Shown here one piece after another: positions 48,664 to 64,000 of a DNA stretch of 64,000 bases; the stretch's first letter is position 1, and every line of letters begins with the position of its first letter. A program made the translations under genes and the position numbers. The notes under the pieces were generated by a model. It worked only from the letters and a program-made list of their open reading frames with translations, had not been told where the DNA came from and made no database searches. The stretch lies in assembly GCF_009914755.1 (NCBI RefSeq), contig NC_060936.1; one strand, written 5' to 3'. The stretch is from the human T2T-CHM13v2.0 reference genome, Homo sapiens.

Positions 48664-49540
48664 CTTGGAATAATATTCAGTTAAGAATTTGTAGGGAAAA
48701 CTTTAGTATATCATAATATTCATCTTTAAAAATTCCAGAATATATTTTTACAAAGATGCTAAGATGAAATCATCTGATACTTGGAGTCAAACAAAGTTAC
48801 ATTACAAAACCGTTAAAAACTTGGTTTAGTGTGTGACACCTGGTAATTTGCTGAACTTCTATGAGATTGACCCAACACAGAGATTAGTCTATGCCATTTG
48901 TATATATTTACTTATATTCACTTATTGAGTAGAGATGAGGTAGCTACTTTTATTAACCTCATTTTAAAGATGAGGAAACCGAGTTTTAAAAGGCTCTAAT
49001 AACTTGCCTAAGGTCCCAGAGGTAGGACTAGAACACATGCAGTTCGGCTCCATGGCAAGTTCTAACCAAGACTTGGATCACTTCAAATGACCCAGCCTAC
49101 AGAGTATTCAGTTTAAAACTCTGGTGTTCGTCCATTTGATTCTGTGTTGAAGTAGCATGAGTAAATTCCACCATAAAATAATGGTTCTCACCCATAAGAG
49201 GTGTTTTGGGTGGTGATCCCTAGGGTCTGAAAAGTGTCTCTCTCCGTGGCCAGGTATGTAGGCAGCATGATAACTCAGAAAATAGAGCTCACTAAATGGC
49301 CTCTGATGGTGAAAATGGCAAGGAAACTCCTTGGAGTAACATTTAGTTAAAAACGTGTAAGGAAAATTAAATATCTCAGAATTTTCTATCTAAATTCCAG
49401 AATACTTTTTTCTTTTGCAAAAAATGCTATAATGAAATTATCATGATAACTTGGAGTCAAACAATGAAAGTTCAATGGTGAAACTGTGATAAACTTGAGT
49501 TAGTGTGTGATATGGAGTGATTTGCTAATCTTCTATGAGA
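48664..49540 (+). repeat. Diverged direct duplication of about 205 bp (48664-48866 vs 49330-49540)
   Basis: Shared ordered blocks cttgga.taa.att.agttaa, aaattccagaata, acttggagtcaaacaa, ttagtgtgtga, cttctatgaga. Confidence 0.85.
48890..49055 (-). mobile_element. MIR SINE
   Basis: cctcattttaaagatgaggaaaccgag...aacttgcctaaggtc. Confidence 0.85.
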
Positions 49541-49552
49541 CTTTAATAATCT

Positions 49553-49555
<3 letters not shown>

Positions 49556-49614
<59 letters not shown>
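49556..49614. repeat. (GT)~21(AG)~8 compound microsatellite in place of the Alu tail
   Basis: Read directly from the sequence. Confidence 0.97.
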
Positions 49615-49615
<1 letters not shown>

Positions 49616-49894
49616 CAAGGTCTCACTCTTGTCACCCAGGCTGAAGTGCAGTGGTGCAATCTTGGCTCACTGCAGCCTTGACTTCCAGAGCTCAGGTGAT
49701 CCTCCCATTTTAGCCTATCGAGTAGCCTGAACTACAGGTGTGTGCCACCACACTCAGCTAATTTTCTGTATTCTTAGTAGAGACAGGTTTTGCCATGTTG
49801 CCCAGGCTGGTTTTGAACCCCTGGGCTCAAGCAATCTGCCTGCCTTGGCCTCCCAAAGTTCTGGGATTACAGGTATGAGCCACCACACCTGGCT
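49612..49894 (-). mobile_element. AluJ
   Basis: gcagccttgacttcc...ctgggctcaagcaatc diagnostics. Confidence 0.94.
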
Positions 49895-51896
49895 CCTCAT
49901 CTCTTATTTAGGAGATTGAAATAGATAAAAAGGTCCTTTCAGTGTTAAAAATTTGTTATATTATTTAAATTTTTCTCAACAACTGGAAAATGCCATTCTA
50001 ATTAAAACACATTTTAAAATCCTATGACTTATAAAATTATACTTGAAACCAAAATACCATAAGTCAAATTTAGTTTTGTTTTAAAGCATGCAATGCTTTA
50101 CACTTGAAATTTTTACTAAAATTTCATCAGGACTAATTCAAAATCTAGGGAGAAGTTTGAAATGAAGAGAAATGCAGTTTAAAATATATTTTCATTTTAC
50201 CTGAAAAATAATAAACTATTTTAAAAAATAAAATGATCAAATTGGAATGTAATAATGTTCTCATCATTCCTTGGACAGGCATATTGTTTAGAGAATGTCT
50301 GTCTGTTTGGAACTCCATTGCACATTTGAGTCAGATACAACTCCTCAAACAATATGAACATTTTTAGATATTTCATGAATGAGTATTTAGGTTTCTATGG
50401 CAAGCCAAAGAAAGATCAGTCCAAATGTGCATCTGAAAAATACAGCAAGGCACAATTCACCTTATTTCTCTTTGAGTAAACTGTCACTTAAAATAAACGC
50501 TGTGTCTTGATACTGTCAAATAATTTTATTCATTTTTGAACCAATGTATCTTCACTGAGAAATGTTAAGTGTTCCATCACTGTCCAAGGATTAGTAACTG
50601 CTAGTAAAAAAATTAAGAGAAATATTTAAATTACAAGGCATGATAGTAACTTTGTTCTGATGTTTTCCCTAAATATACTGTACTAATCTTCACTTTTTAA
50701 AACCCTTTAAAAAGGAGCACTTTATATTTTTATGCTTCCATAAAATTAAGGATTGAGTATGTGGATTTTTAATGGGGGCTTACCAGTATATATTTTATTC
50801 TTTTGCTATATCTGCACTAATACATTTTAGAGTCTGTTTAAGAAATAAACAAAACAAAAAAAGTTATTTTTCTCTCTCACATTCAGCAGAAAATATTAAA
50901 ATAAGAAAATCCTAAGGATACTTATTGGATAATCTAACACCACTTCTTGGAAGAAATTACTTTATGCATCCTTAAGGATTCTATTAATCATTATTAAGTA
51001 GATTAGGACTGGAAGGAGAAATGATCTAGAATCAACTACTAAATTCAAAAGTATTTTTGAGGGTCTCTGAATGCATTTCACACTATGCATCATTCTGGCA
51101 GGGTTTATAGGAAACTGCCTTTGATATTCCATTTTACCGAGGGTGGTGGGGAAGTCCATTTGAAAAGACATGAATATAAAGTCACTGAACAGTGCCTTTG
51201 TAACTGGCTTTCCATGCAACCTGAGGAAAATGTTTTAATCTCTACTTTCCAACAAGAAATTAATTATTAATTCAAGTATCCATCCACATGCGTTAAGCAT
51301 TTATTAATAATTGTGGTCTACTTCTGTCACGGAATGCTCTGTGGGTTAATCACTAGCCTGGGGGTTATGAAGGTGTGGATGGGAGTTATATGTGGAAGAA
51401 AGCCCACTCAGGAGAAGATGAAGATGAATCACGAGGAGTGCTTGCTGGCAGCCTATAAGGCCTCACTGGGTGGGGTTAACCTAGTGATGGCATCGGGTCC
51501 AGCATCTGGTCCTCAGCATTACATGCTTTAAAACAAAACTTTTTATCAGCAGTCGGTTCCCAGTCTCTGGCTGATGGATTAATGTTAACCAAACCTCACT
51601 GCAGACTTCTTTGTAAACCAGAATACAATGAATTCTTTCATAGAAAAGTGGGCAGTCTTTTTTCAGTGACCAAAATGATCAACGACACTACTCAAAGCAT
51701 CCCAAAAGAGTAATCAGAACATGGCTGTCCTGACAAGGAATAAGGCAAAAGGGGGCAAGTATTCCTGAGAAGGATCTGACTAACAAATGTGCTGACCTTA
51801 CAGCAAAGAACATGCTCTACAATTCTTCTGTTCCCAAAGTTGAGACACTGCTTCATTTTCTTTGCTTGTCCTCAACTTCTGGGTTGATACTTTCTT

Positions 51897-52185
<289 letters not shown>

Positions 52186-53730
52186 CTGATACTTTCTTAC
52201 TTAGATACAAATATTGATTGAGCCAAGTTACTTGTCCTTAGTCAACTAACTTGTTCCGAGGCTCAGAGACATTCTGTCTCCTCCCATCATGTGCTGATTT
52301 AAGTAGTTTATTTCTCAGAGGACAACGTTGTCACTCCTACCTCTAAATTCTCCGGGGCATCTCACTCTGCCTTCACATACTGTCTATAAAAGTTCTCAGC
52401 ATGTCATGGGAGAAAGTTTAAAGTATGATTTTTCTAGAATATTTGAAGAATACCAAAATATACAAAACTATAATTCAGAGCATAAAATTTTGTCAAAATA
52501 ACCAATGAATATAAATAAAAGTTGCTCTAAATTTGCTAAAACACTTAAATCATAAGTTAAGATAGTAATACAAAATATTTGCATTTAGGTTGAGTAATAG
52601 TTTTTGAACATTTCAGTGATGGGCTTCAGAAGCACAGGTATACTAGTGCTATTATTACCTGTGACTTTTTCTCTTAGCTGAATTACAAAGTAAAATCTTA
52701 GTCAAATAAACCAAATGGTTCTGCACATTTGACTGGCGCAGGACTCATGATTATTGTCTTAGATTCCTTTCTGTCAAGAAAAGTCCTAAGATCCTCTAAC
52801 CCAGAAACAGCAAGGGTCATGTAAGAAAAGGAAGGAAAAAATGAATAGATCTCATTTGGGATTTCTCTGACTCCTGACTTTTCTGGCCACCTTCTGCCTG
52901 CCCTTGAAACTCCCCCAGCTTGATCTACAGATCATACTGGACTTGCCTTTGCATTTCTGCTGAGGTTTGTCATATCCTTCGACTCTTTAATCTTAGCTCG
53001 AATTCACAGTACTGTGGGTTCTGTTGCATCTCCATCACAGCGTCTCCTTAGGTTTAACCTCTGAGCCATCTCACTGGATTCAACTCAGGGCCAGCTGACC
53101 AAGGTTCCCCATATTCATGCTCCAGCCCTTCCCCTTCTTACTGGACTGGAGATCTGGCTTGGATGCCTCCTTTCCTGCTTGGATTTAACTCTATCTGATC
53201 CAGAGGGTTATGATCTATAGGTTCCAAAATGTATTCAACTGTGGTCCAACATAATCTTCAAGGAGTTGGGTCTCCAGCGACTTTGCATTGAGTACTACAT
53301 GATGCATTTAGAGGCAAGGCAGCTTCTTCCTATATACATTCCTGTAAGTTCCCAAGTGAGTTATTGCTTTAAGAGGAGAAAATAAATTACAAAATGTGTA
53401 ACATTCCTGCTGTACATGCCTCTTGTGCAGGCCACTCATGTGATGGCTGTTTTCTTTTCCATACCCCTCACATGATTAGGCCAGGAAGACAGGTAGGTGT
53501 CTATCTTTCTTTTTAGTATTGCCTCCAGACCATTATCTTTCCCCTCTTTATAAAAACATACAACTTTAAATTTCATGTCATAAGAGTATACTACCTATGA
53601 CCTCTCCCTGTTGCAGTCAAGAATGTACCATCCCCTAGGTCACTTCCCCTCATCCCTTGAATATTTAACTTCAAGATCATCATCTCATCTTCAGCACTGC
53701 TTCTCCTGTCTTAACTATTGATGATTTAAA

Positions 53731-54043
<313 letters not shown>

Positions 54044-54207
54044 CTCTTGGTGATTTTAATATATGCAAAGATGATTCTTCTATCACTTTGACTGGATAGG
54101 CCCTAGACTACCTGCCCTCCAATGATCTTTTGTTCCTCTCTCTCTCAGTCTGTCACTGATGGTCATCACAGATCCTGGCATTACCAATAACTACAACACC
54201 TCCATAA

Positions 54208-54521
<314 letters not shown>

Positions 54522-55362
54522 TTTCTATCAACTACAATCTTTCCAGCATATACCTGCTAGCACTTCAATTACAAAATCGTTTGACTTACCTTGAGAGCCT
54601 CATTTATCCTATCCTACTTGGATAGCACAGGATCTTTAGTTTATCTCCTTTTTTAGAATGAACTCCGTGGTCAAGGATTGTAATTATTCATCATGCACAC
54701 TCTTAACACCATTGTCTCCTTTTTATTTTATTATAATGATACTCATTTTGCTAAAATATAACCCTAGGTAGTTCCAACTCTCCATTACTCTTCGTCTGCA
54801 TTTTAGCAGCTGAATATGGCTAGAAAAGCTACAACCATGCCTATTGATCTAATTTTAAATTTATGATCCCAAATCTCATGTATACTGTTGGGCAATCAAT
54901 CCATATTCCTCAGCTTTATTCACTCCCTTACTCTACTAGATAACTATTTCACATTAGTTCTTTTCTCAAACCTCCAATATATCTAGCTCACTCCCAAATT
55001 ATGACTTTGCTGAAAGTTCACTAAGAAATATGAAGCAACAGATTCCAAATTTCCTCTATCACATCTAATCCCTTACCTGCAACTGGTTTATATCCTCTGC
55101 CTTCTCTTCTACTACGGATGAACTATTTACTCTCTCTGTTTCTCTCTCTCTCAGTCTTTCTCTGTCTTATCTCTACTGCATAATTCTCATTAGCATGCAA
55201 CAATTTAATTTCCTCATCTTAAAAAAAAGTTATCTTTCCCTTGACTCCACTTTCTCTTCCATCTACTACCCCATCTTCTCTCTTCTGTTTACAGTAAAAC
55301 TTTTAAAAAATAGTTGGCTATAACTATTTTTTATATATAACTATTGCTGCCTCCAATTTCCT

Positions 55363-55366
<4 letters not shown>

Positions 55367-55393
<27 letters not shown>

Positions 55394-55668
55394 GAGACAG
55401 TCTCACTGTATTGCCCAGGCTGGAGTGCAGTGACGCCATCTCAGCTCACTGCAATCTCCGCCTCCTGGGTTCAAGAGATTCTTCTGCCTCCGCCTCATGA
55501 GTAGCTGAGACTAGAGGCGCCTGCCACCATGCCCAGCTAATTTTTGTATTTTCAATAGAGACGGGATTTCACCATGTTGGCCAGGCTGGCCACAAACTCC
55601 TGGCCTCAGGTGATCCCAAAGTGCTGCCTCGGCCTCCCAAAGTGCTGGGATTACAGGTGTGAGCCACT
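55367..55668 (-). mobile_element. AluS-like
   Basis: Dimer with an internal duplication of tcccaaagtgctg. Confidence 0.94.
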
Positions 55669-55736
55669 CCCATTATTGTTAATTCTACTCCTTTCAGATT
55701 TTTGCGCTCACCATTCCATCATAATCTTCTCTTATC

Positions 55737-57385
<1,649 letters not shown>

Positions 57386-59861
57386 AATATTCTCTATCAA
57401 GGTCACTAATGACTTACATATTGTTAAATGCAATGATTAATTTTAAGTCCTCATCTTACTGAAGTATTAGCAGCATTTGATACAGTTGATTGCTCTCTTC
57501 TTTATTTGCTTTTCTCATTTGGCTTCTAACTGCGAGCCTGGTTTCCCCTTATTTCTCTTCTTAGTCTTTATTCTCTTTTCCTTACCGCTAAATGCTGGAG
57601 TTCCTCAAAACTCTGTCTTTGATCTTTTCCATTCTTGGCTCTCTCTTTCATTGATTACATACAATCTCAAGACTTAACATACCATCTCTGTGCTAAGGAT
57701 TCTAAATTTTTATCACTATCTCCTCTTTCACCTCTGACCAGCAATTGTATTTTCAATATCTCCATTTGTATGCCTAGTTGATACATCAACCTTAACATAT
57801 CTAAAATGAAAAAAAACTTGAACTTATCTTTTATTTTCTTTCACACCATGTATCTTACCTGTAAGCAAGTTTTGTTGGCTTTACCACAAAAAAAAAAAAA
57901 AAAACCCAGAATCCAGTGACTTATGATTTCCATTGTGGTCAATCTGGTCCAAATCACTCTATTTTCTTGTGTAGATTGTTTCAATCATCTCTTGGATAAT
58001 TTACTCTAACATGGTAGCCAGAATGATGCTGTTGAAGAATCCTGACTTGTTCACTCTTGCACTCGCTAGATGACTATTTCATACCTTCATCTTTTTCTTC
58101 ATACATCCAATACCCCCTCCCACATCATAACCCTCTACTGATGACCTTGCATTAATAATGCCACCCTATCTTCCAAAAACTCTTTAATGGCTTTCCATCT
58201 CACTCAGAGTAAAAGTCAAAGTCCTTACAAAGACCTACAAAGCCCATTACCTGTCTGACTTCATCTTCTATAGGGTTTGACTTTACCCCCTTGTTTAATA
58301 TACTCCAGCCACCCTGCATACTTTTTAATTTCTTGAACATTCTGGACAAGCTCTATCTCAGGCTGTTTGCACTGGTTGTTCCTTCTATCTTAAATGCTTA
58401 CCCCCAGATATCTGCATGGGCTCATACCCTCTCTTCTTTCAAGTCTGCTTGAAATATCTCTTTCTGAATGAGGCTTTCCTTGATTACCCTATTTAAAATT
58501 CCAACCTTCCCCCAAAACTTCCTTTCACTTTTTCTTCTTTATTGTTCTTCATAGCACTTGTCACCATCTGACACACAATGTATTTTTCTTATTTATCTTT
58601 TTCAATGTCTCTTTCCTACTAGAATGGAAGATCAAGAAAGACAGGTATTTTTGTCTTTTGTTCACTACTCTGGACCCAGTGCCTAAACAGTCACTGAACA
58701 CAGTAATTCTCAACAAGTATTTGTTGAATGACTTCATAAACATTTGCCATTCAGTAACCAGTGTAAGGCAGCATAATGTTTTATATTATTTTACCTTAGA
58801 AATGTCACCCTGGAAGGATCACTGGAAGCATACCATGTTTACTGTTTATTCTGCATAAAAAATCAGCATTTATGTTGACTTAAACTCTCTAATACCATTA
58901 AATAATTTTTTGAGGGCAAAGTCTATGTCTCTTACCTCTCCATTAATAAGGTTGTACCTGCACTGAGAGACCCCATTTTTCCCCTGTGCTGAGGACATAG
59001 AGCATACTGAAATACTTTTCTATTCTTTGAAAAAGGATTCTCCACAATCTCTTAGTTTTGAGTCCCCTATGTTTTTTTTTAAAGCATCTTCTTAATAAGC
59101 TCTTTCTAAATCAAGCCCAACCATTCTTTCAACAAATGTTTATAGAGTTAGATTACCTTAGGCACTGTCACGTAAACACAGAAGTGGATTCTGCCCTCAA
59201 GTAGCTTATAGTCCAGTAGAGGAAATGGGATATCTACATATTAGAGAAAAACACAATATCATAATAGAACTCAGCCAGCACATAGTAAGTATTTTGAGGT
59301 ATGTAGAGGGCCCTATCACTGGCTGCAAAGCAGAGCATCTTCCCTTAAAGTAGCCAATAATAAGAAAGGAATAGAGAGTTTGAAAATAGGGTGAGAATTT
59401 GGGGCAACTATTAAAATAATAACAGGTGTGGCTGTTGAGAGCCCTGATGAAAAACCAGATTAAATTGAAATGGGCAACGCGTGGTTAGTTAATAAATCAG
59501 ATTTAGAATATGCTGGTTCAAAGCAAATGTTAGCATTAGATAAATGTAGATCACAGGAAAGAAAAAAAAGAAGTATAATAAATCTAATATGTCCCACTTA
59601 CTTTGTAGAGGTATATTTTGTAGGTGGAGTTCAATTTTGAAGCTTAGTGACTTAGCACTCTAATTTGTAAAATGCATATTTCTCTGAATTGGTAGCCATA
59701 CTTGATGAAAGTAGGGCCATTTAAGATTTATTTGGATGCAGCCTTTAGATAACAACATTGTATTTTCTTTCACACCACTCCCAGCAGGCATGTGCTGTGA
59801 CTGTTGTTGACTGAGGACCACAATTCTAGCCACAGGAGATTATCTTCATCATTTCATTTCT

Positions 59862-60095
59862 GAGGGGTTGGCAAACTGTTCCTGAAGACAAAAATCCAGC
59901 CAGCTGCCTGATTTTATAAATAAAGTTTTATTGGAAGACTGCCATGCCCCCCATTCATTTACATAATATCAATGCTGCTTCTGCATTACAACAGCAGAGT
60001 TGAATAGTTGCAACGGAGACTGGAGACCATATCGCTCACAAAGCCTACTATATTTATCATCTGATTCATTACAAAAAAGACCTATCAATCTCTGG
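59862..60095. mobile_element. MER58A-like (hAT-Charlie)
   Basis: ggggttggcaaact...taaataaagttttattggaa...gcagagttgaatagttgcaac. Confidence 0.85.
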
Positions 60096-60294
60096 TCTAT
60101 TATCTCCATTATCCCATTGACTCTTCACTGGGGACTCAACTGAAGATTAGAGAAACTCAAAAAGTGTAGGGAACAATAATCAGTGGAATCTCAGTTATTT
60201 TGAGTTTTTTAACCATTTGACTTATTTAAAACATCCTGAATTTTACCTGTACTAATTTTAAACAAATTAATATTGCCCTTTTTAGCCACATGGA

Positions 60295-60520
60295 AAGACA
60301 GCTATGGTGCAGTGAAAATAGCACTTGAAATAAATGTTGAAGAACTGGATTCAGGTTCTCCACTGTCAATTACTAGCTCTGTAACCTTGGACTTAAAAAT
60401 CAAAGTCTGTGAAGCCAGAGATTAAAATAAGGGGACAGATATTTTGTACAACTAGCTGTAAAGATCAAAAGAGATAATAAAAGTAAAGGAGCTTTAGAAA
60501 TTAAATAGTTATATCATTAT
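60295..60520 (+). mobile_element. MIR SINE
   Basis: gacagctatggtgcagtgaaaatagcact...tactagctctgtaaccttgg. Confidence 0.75.
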
Positions 60521-61506
60521 CAGACATTGTTGATAATTCTAAGAATGTGTACAGCACATTTGTTAGGAAAGGTTTTGTTGTTAGATTGATTTGAATAATA
60601 CATTGTTATAAAAATTAATTGAGATAATTTTTGTAAAGCAGATAGCAAAATGCCTGGCAACATCAGCTTTTCTGTATTTTATTACCACCATTATTATGAA
60701 ATAACTAGCATTTGTCTTTCATAGATATTAATTTTTTTAATGCTCTCAGCTGTTAGCCAATCTTTGAATGTTCTAATACTGGTTAATGAAAGAGGAAGAC
60801 CATTCAGTATCCAGGGCAAACAATCACATTCCAGAGTTTGTGTACATGTGCTTCAACTGACTACCATTCCCGATACCAAAGGTTATCATTTAAGTCTCTT
60901 AAATCTTAATTTAATCTTCTTTCCACTGTTATCGTGTTTCATCCATTTTTACTGGTGTTTATTTTTATGTGCATAATACATTTCTGTTTATTATTTCCTA
61001 TCTCCCACTGCTTTCCAGTAATATATGGGAAAATGAGTAAGTAGATTTTTTCCCCTCAGAACCACATGCTACCACAATTCCTAAGTTAGCCTGATATGAA
61101 TATTATTCACTTTTAGCAAAACTAAGATGATAAAGGGCCACAAAAATCTTAGTCCATTAATTTAGAGAGAAAAAATATAAATATTAGCGTTCTAATAACA
61201 GCCAAAGACAACATTTGAACACTTCTCTAGGAAAAGTTGCAAAATATAACATTAATTTAAAAATAGCTTTGGAATTTGTAATAAAGTGAAGACTAGAGTC
61301 ATTAAGAAATTGTTTTGATCTTATCATAAAAGTTAAGAAATACAGGTATTCTAATTGATAGCCAGGGCAGGACAAGGACTCTCTTCTCCCATTTCTGAAA
61401 AATAACCTCCACTTCTTGCCACTAGTGACTCTCTATATCATGTTGCACTTTAAGGAGCCAGTGGATCTCCACTGCCTTCACCAGGAGAACTTGAAAAGTA
61501 ATAGAG

Positions 61507-61587
61507 GCACTCCAGCCTGGAAGATAGAGCAAGATCCTGTCTCAGAAAATAAATGAATGAATGAATGAATGAATGAATGAATGAATG
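61507..61587 (+). mobile_element. Alu 3' stub with (GAAT)n tail
   Basis: gcactccagcctggaagatagagcaagatcctgtctca followed by about 10 GAAT units. Confidence 0.85.
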
Positions 61588-61860
61588 GAGGGAATCTGGC
61601 CAACTTTCGCAACTGACCTGATCTGACAAACACTAGCAATAACTCTATAAACGGACAAAAAGCTTTGTAGTTTTATTTTATTTTATTGAAGAACCAGGAA
61701 GATCTTAGAAGTTTTACATGAGAGAGGAACAAATACTGAAATTCTAGCAAAATAAACAAACAAACAAAAAAACTCTTTCCAGGCTTAAAATTTTGAAGGA
61801 ATGTATCATTTAACAAATGCTCCCTTCTCTACTGATCTGTCTGTTTCTTCTGGTGTCTTT

Positions 61861-61943
61861 GTTTTTTTTTTTTTTTTTTAGTATTTATTGATCATTCTTG
61901 GTTCTGTATTAAGAAAAATTCTTCTGCCTTGGGATGCTGTTAA
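61861..61943 (-). mobile_element. 83-bp 5'-inverted (twin-primed) SVA insertion
   Basis: poly(T), then the antisense SVA terminus agtatttattgatcattcttg, then sense SINE-R gttctgtattaagaaaaattcttctgccttgggatgctgttaa; 15-bp TSD tcttctggtgtcttt. Confidence 0.88.
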
Positions 61944-61962
61944 TCTTCTGGTGTCTTTTACC

Positions 61963-62677
61963 TGAGTTAGACAACTGAGCAATTAAAGGGAACAGCACAG
62001 TCCCCACAATAGGCCTCCCTCACTTCTAATACCAACTGCAAGTTCAGAGGATTCCTAGAATGACCCTCGAGTTAGACAACTTGCTAGAAAGACTCACAGA
62101 ATTTACTGAATGCAATTTTCCTTACGGTTATGGCTTATGATTAGGAAAGATACAGATTAAAATCAGTTAAAGGAAGAAGCATTAGGGCAGATTCTGAGGC
62201 AGTACCAAATGTGGAGTTTGCATTGTCTTTGCTCTGTAGAGTCAGGACACATTCCTTTCCTGAAAATATGAAATTGAAAAGTGGCAATATGCATAGAGTA
62301 TTGACAACCAGGGAAGTTTGCCTGAGCCTCTGTGCCCAGACCTCTCACTGGGGCTCCATCACATAGACATGATTGATTGATTGTCCATATGATTAATTTC
62401 TGTCTCCAGGTCAGCTCGTACCATGTGACCCAAAGCCCCCACCTTAAGTCACATTTTTACTGTCTGGCTTAGCCAAAGGTCTCCATCCTAAATCACATTT
62501 TTATTATCTGGTGTTACCAGCCTCACGCTGAGATATAGACTGTGAGATCCAAGGCCCCCACGCAAACAAAGACACTTCTATCAGGCATGACAGTCTGAAA
62601 ATTTAGAGATTACCTTACAAAAACAAAGGACAAAGGCCAGATGTCTCTTTGAACAAGGGTAAATACTTTCCTACACA
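61963..62677 (-). mobile_element. MER21-family LTR
   Basis: ctcacttctaataccaactgcaag...ctagaaagactcacagaa...caaagccccc...caaaggccagatgtctctttg. Confidence 0.8.
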
Positions 62678-62736
62678 CCTATGACCTGCATGTAATCCCC
62701 TCCTCAAGTGTCTCTACTTTCTTTCAGAAACTACAT

Positions 62737-62926
62737 CAAGCTTGCCTAACCCGTGGCCCAGGACAGCTTTGGATGCGACCCAACACAAATTCGTAAGCTT
62801 TCTTAAAACATTATGAGTTTTTTTTTTTTAAAGCTCATCACCTATTGTTAGTGTTTGTGAATTTATGTATGGCCCAAGACAATTCTTCCAGTGTGGCCCA
62901 GGGAAGCCCAAAGATTGGATACCTCT
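62737..62926. mobile_element. MER30
   Basis: caagcttgcctaacc...caaagattggatacctctg; homologous to 13657-13878. Confidence 0.88.
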
Positions 62927-63569
62927 GCTCTATACCTACCTACAAGGTAAAATATTATCACCTGATTCCTTTTCTTATGATTTAAACTAGAGGAAAGCCT
63001 TAGTTTTAGATTTCTTCTGCCCAATCCTGACAGACTAGGGTGGTAGTCAAGGTGAGAAATGACTCTAATACCCAATATAGACAGGTATATATTTCTTTAA
63101 TTCTATATAGCTGAAGCCATTTTTTTCATAATTTCTTCTTTCTGCTCAGTAATAGAACAAAACGCACAAAAAATATTAACAATGACTGCAACAACAAAAT
63201 TGCTTTATTTTTTCTCCTTTAGGTTACTCAGTTTATGGTTTAAAAGTTTCATTTGCATAATTATTCAGTCAATTTAAGACATAAATTTACTTAACTCAAA
63301 CTTAAAATGTCCTTTCAGGGCTGCCCTCTTTTTTTAATGGTTGTCCCTGCCCCATCTTCCTCCCTGGATGATGTTTGGGTATTGTGGGAAACCTGGTGAA
63401 AGAAGTAGAAAGACATCTGGTTTACCTGCTCTTTACTAAACCACACTGACTCTCATCAAGATAACCCATTCCAATTTGTTTTAGGGTAAGTCCCTTTATC
63501 CTCACTGTACTCATTGATGATATAAGTTCAGCACAGGTAGTTTAAGATGATCAGGAAAACTAAAGACTT

Positions 63570-63917
63570 TGAATAAAGTGGGCATGAGAAAGTCAAGAAA
63601 TTCCTCCCAATGAGAGCAATTATAAAAATCAAACAAGGTTATTTAAAACAACAAGTTGAAAGGCCTGGAAAATAACCTAAATTGTGTTAAAAAATATTTG
63701 TTTAATACAAAAAAGGCAGGAAAGAAGAAACAAAGTGAAAAATGAGATAAGACAAGTAGAAAACAATTTTTTAAATGGCAGACCAAATCCAATCATTTCA
63801 ATAATTACCTTAAATGTGAATGGACTGTGCACTTCAAAATCAGAGAGTACCAGACTGGATAAAAAACAAAAGTTACATTTTAAATATACATAACCAGATT
63901 TAAAGTAAGTAAAAGAA
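63570..63917 (+). mobile_element. Old L1M fragment (start of ORF2)
   Basis: ISIITLNVNGL matches the L1 endonuclease N-terminus. Confidence 0.75.
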
Positions 63918-64000
63918 GGCCAAGCGCAGTGACTCATGCCTGTAATCCCAGCACTTTGGGAGGCTGACGGGAGCAGATCACTGGAGGTCAGGAGTTTGAG
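63918..64000 (+). mobile_element. Alu 5' part, cut by the window end
   Basis: ggccaagcgcagtgactcatgcctgtaatcccagcactttgggagg. Confidence 0.95.

Noticed and set aside
63200-63250. Strong plus-strand acceptor tttattttttctcctttag
   Set aside because: No convincing paired donor or reading frame identified.

Overview
AT-rich, CpG-poor hominoid (very likely human) DNA; Alu, L1PA and an SVA fragment set the lineage. It is intergenic or deep-intronic and dominated by interspersed repeats. I find no host protein-coding gene, RNA gene, CpG island or CRISPR array, and every recognisable ORF in the track derives from L1, Alu or an LTR. Main elements: a chimeric L1PA with a doubled 3' end (1-3420), a near-full-length inactivated L1PA4-like element lacking its YY1 site (41090-47204), a decayed Tigger/pogo transposase on the minus strand (about 31040-33570), a long L2 (about 53300-58740), MaLR/ERV solo LTRs, MER DNA elements, MIRs and about 16 Alu copies. 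The signal least explained by known repeats is a gap-free 213-bp inverted repeat of apparently unique sequence (17448-17660 / 18730-18942, about 92% identical). It lies next to an inverted Alu pair and among candidate minus-strand exons, which could belong to a spliced lncRNA driven by the L1 antisense promoter. Other oddities are an 83-bp twin-primed SVA, an Alu trimer, several duplication-plus-fold-back micro-scars and an ancient 200-bp duplication. Subfamily calls and old-repeat boundaries come from remembered consensus sequences and are approximate; no database search was run.
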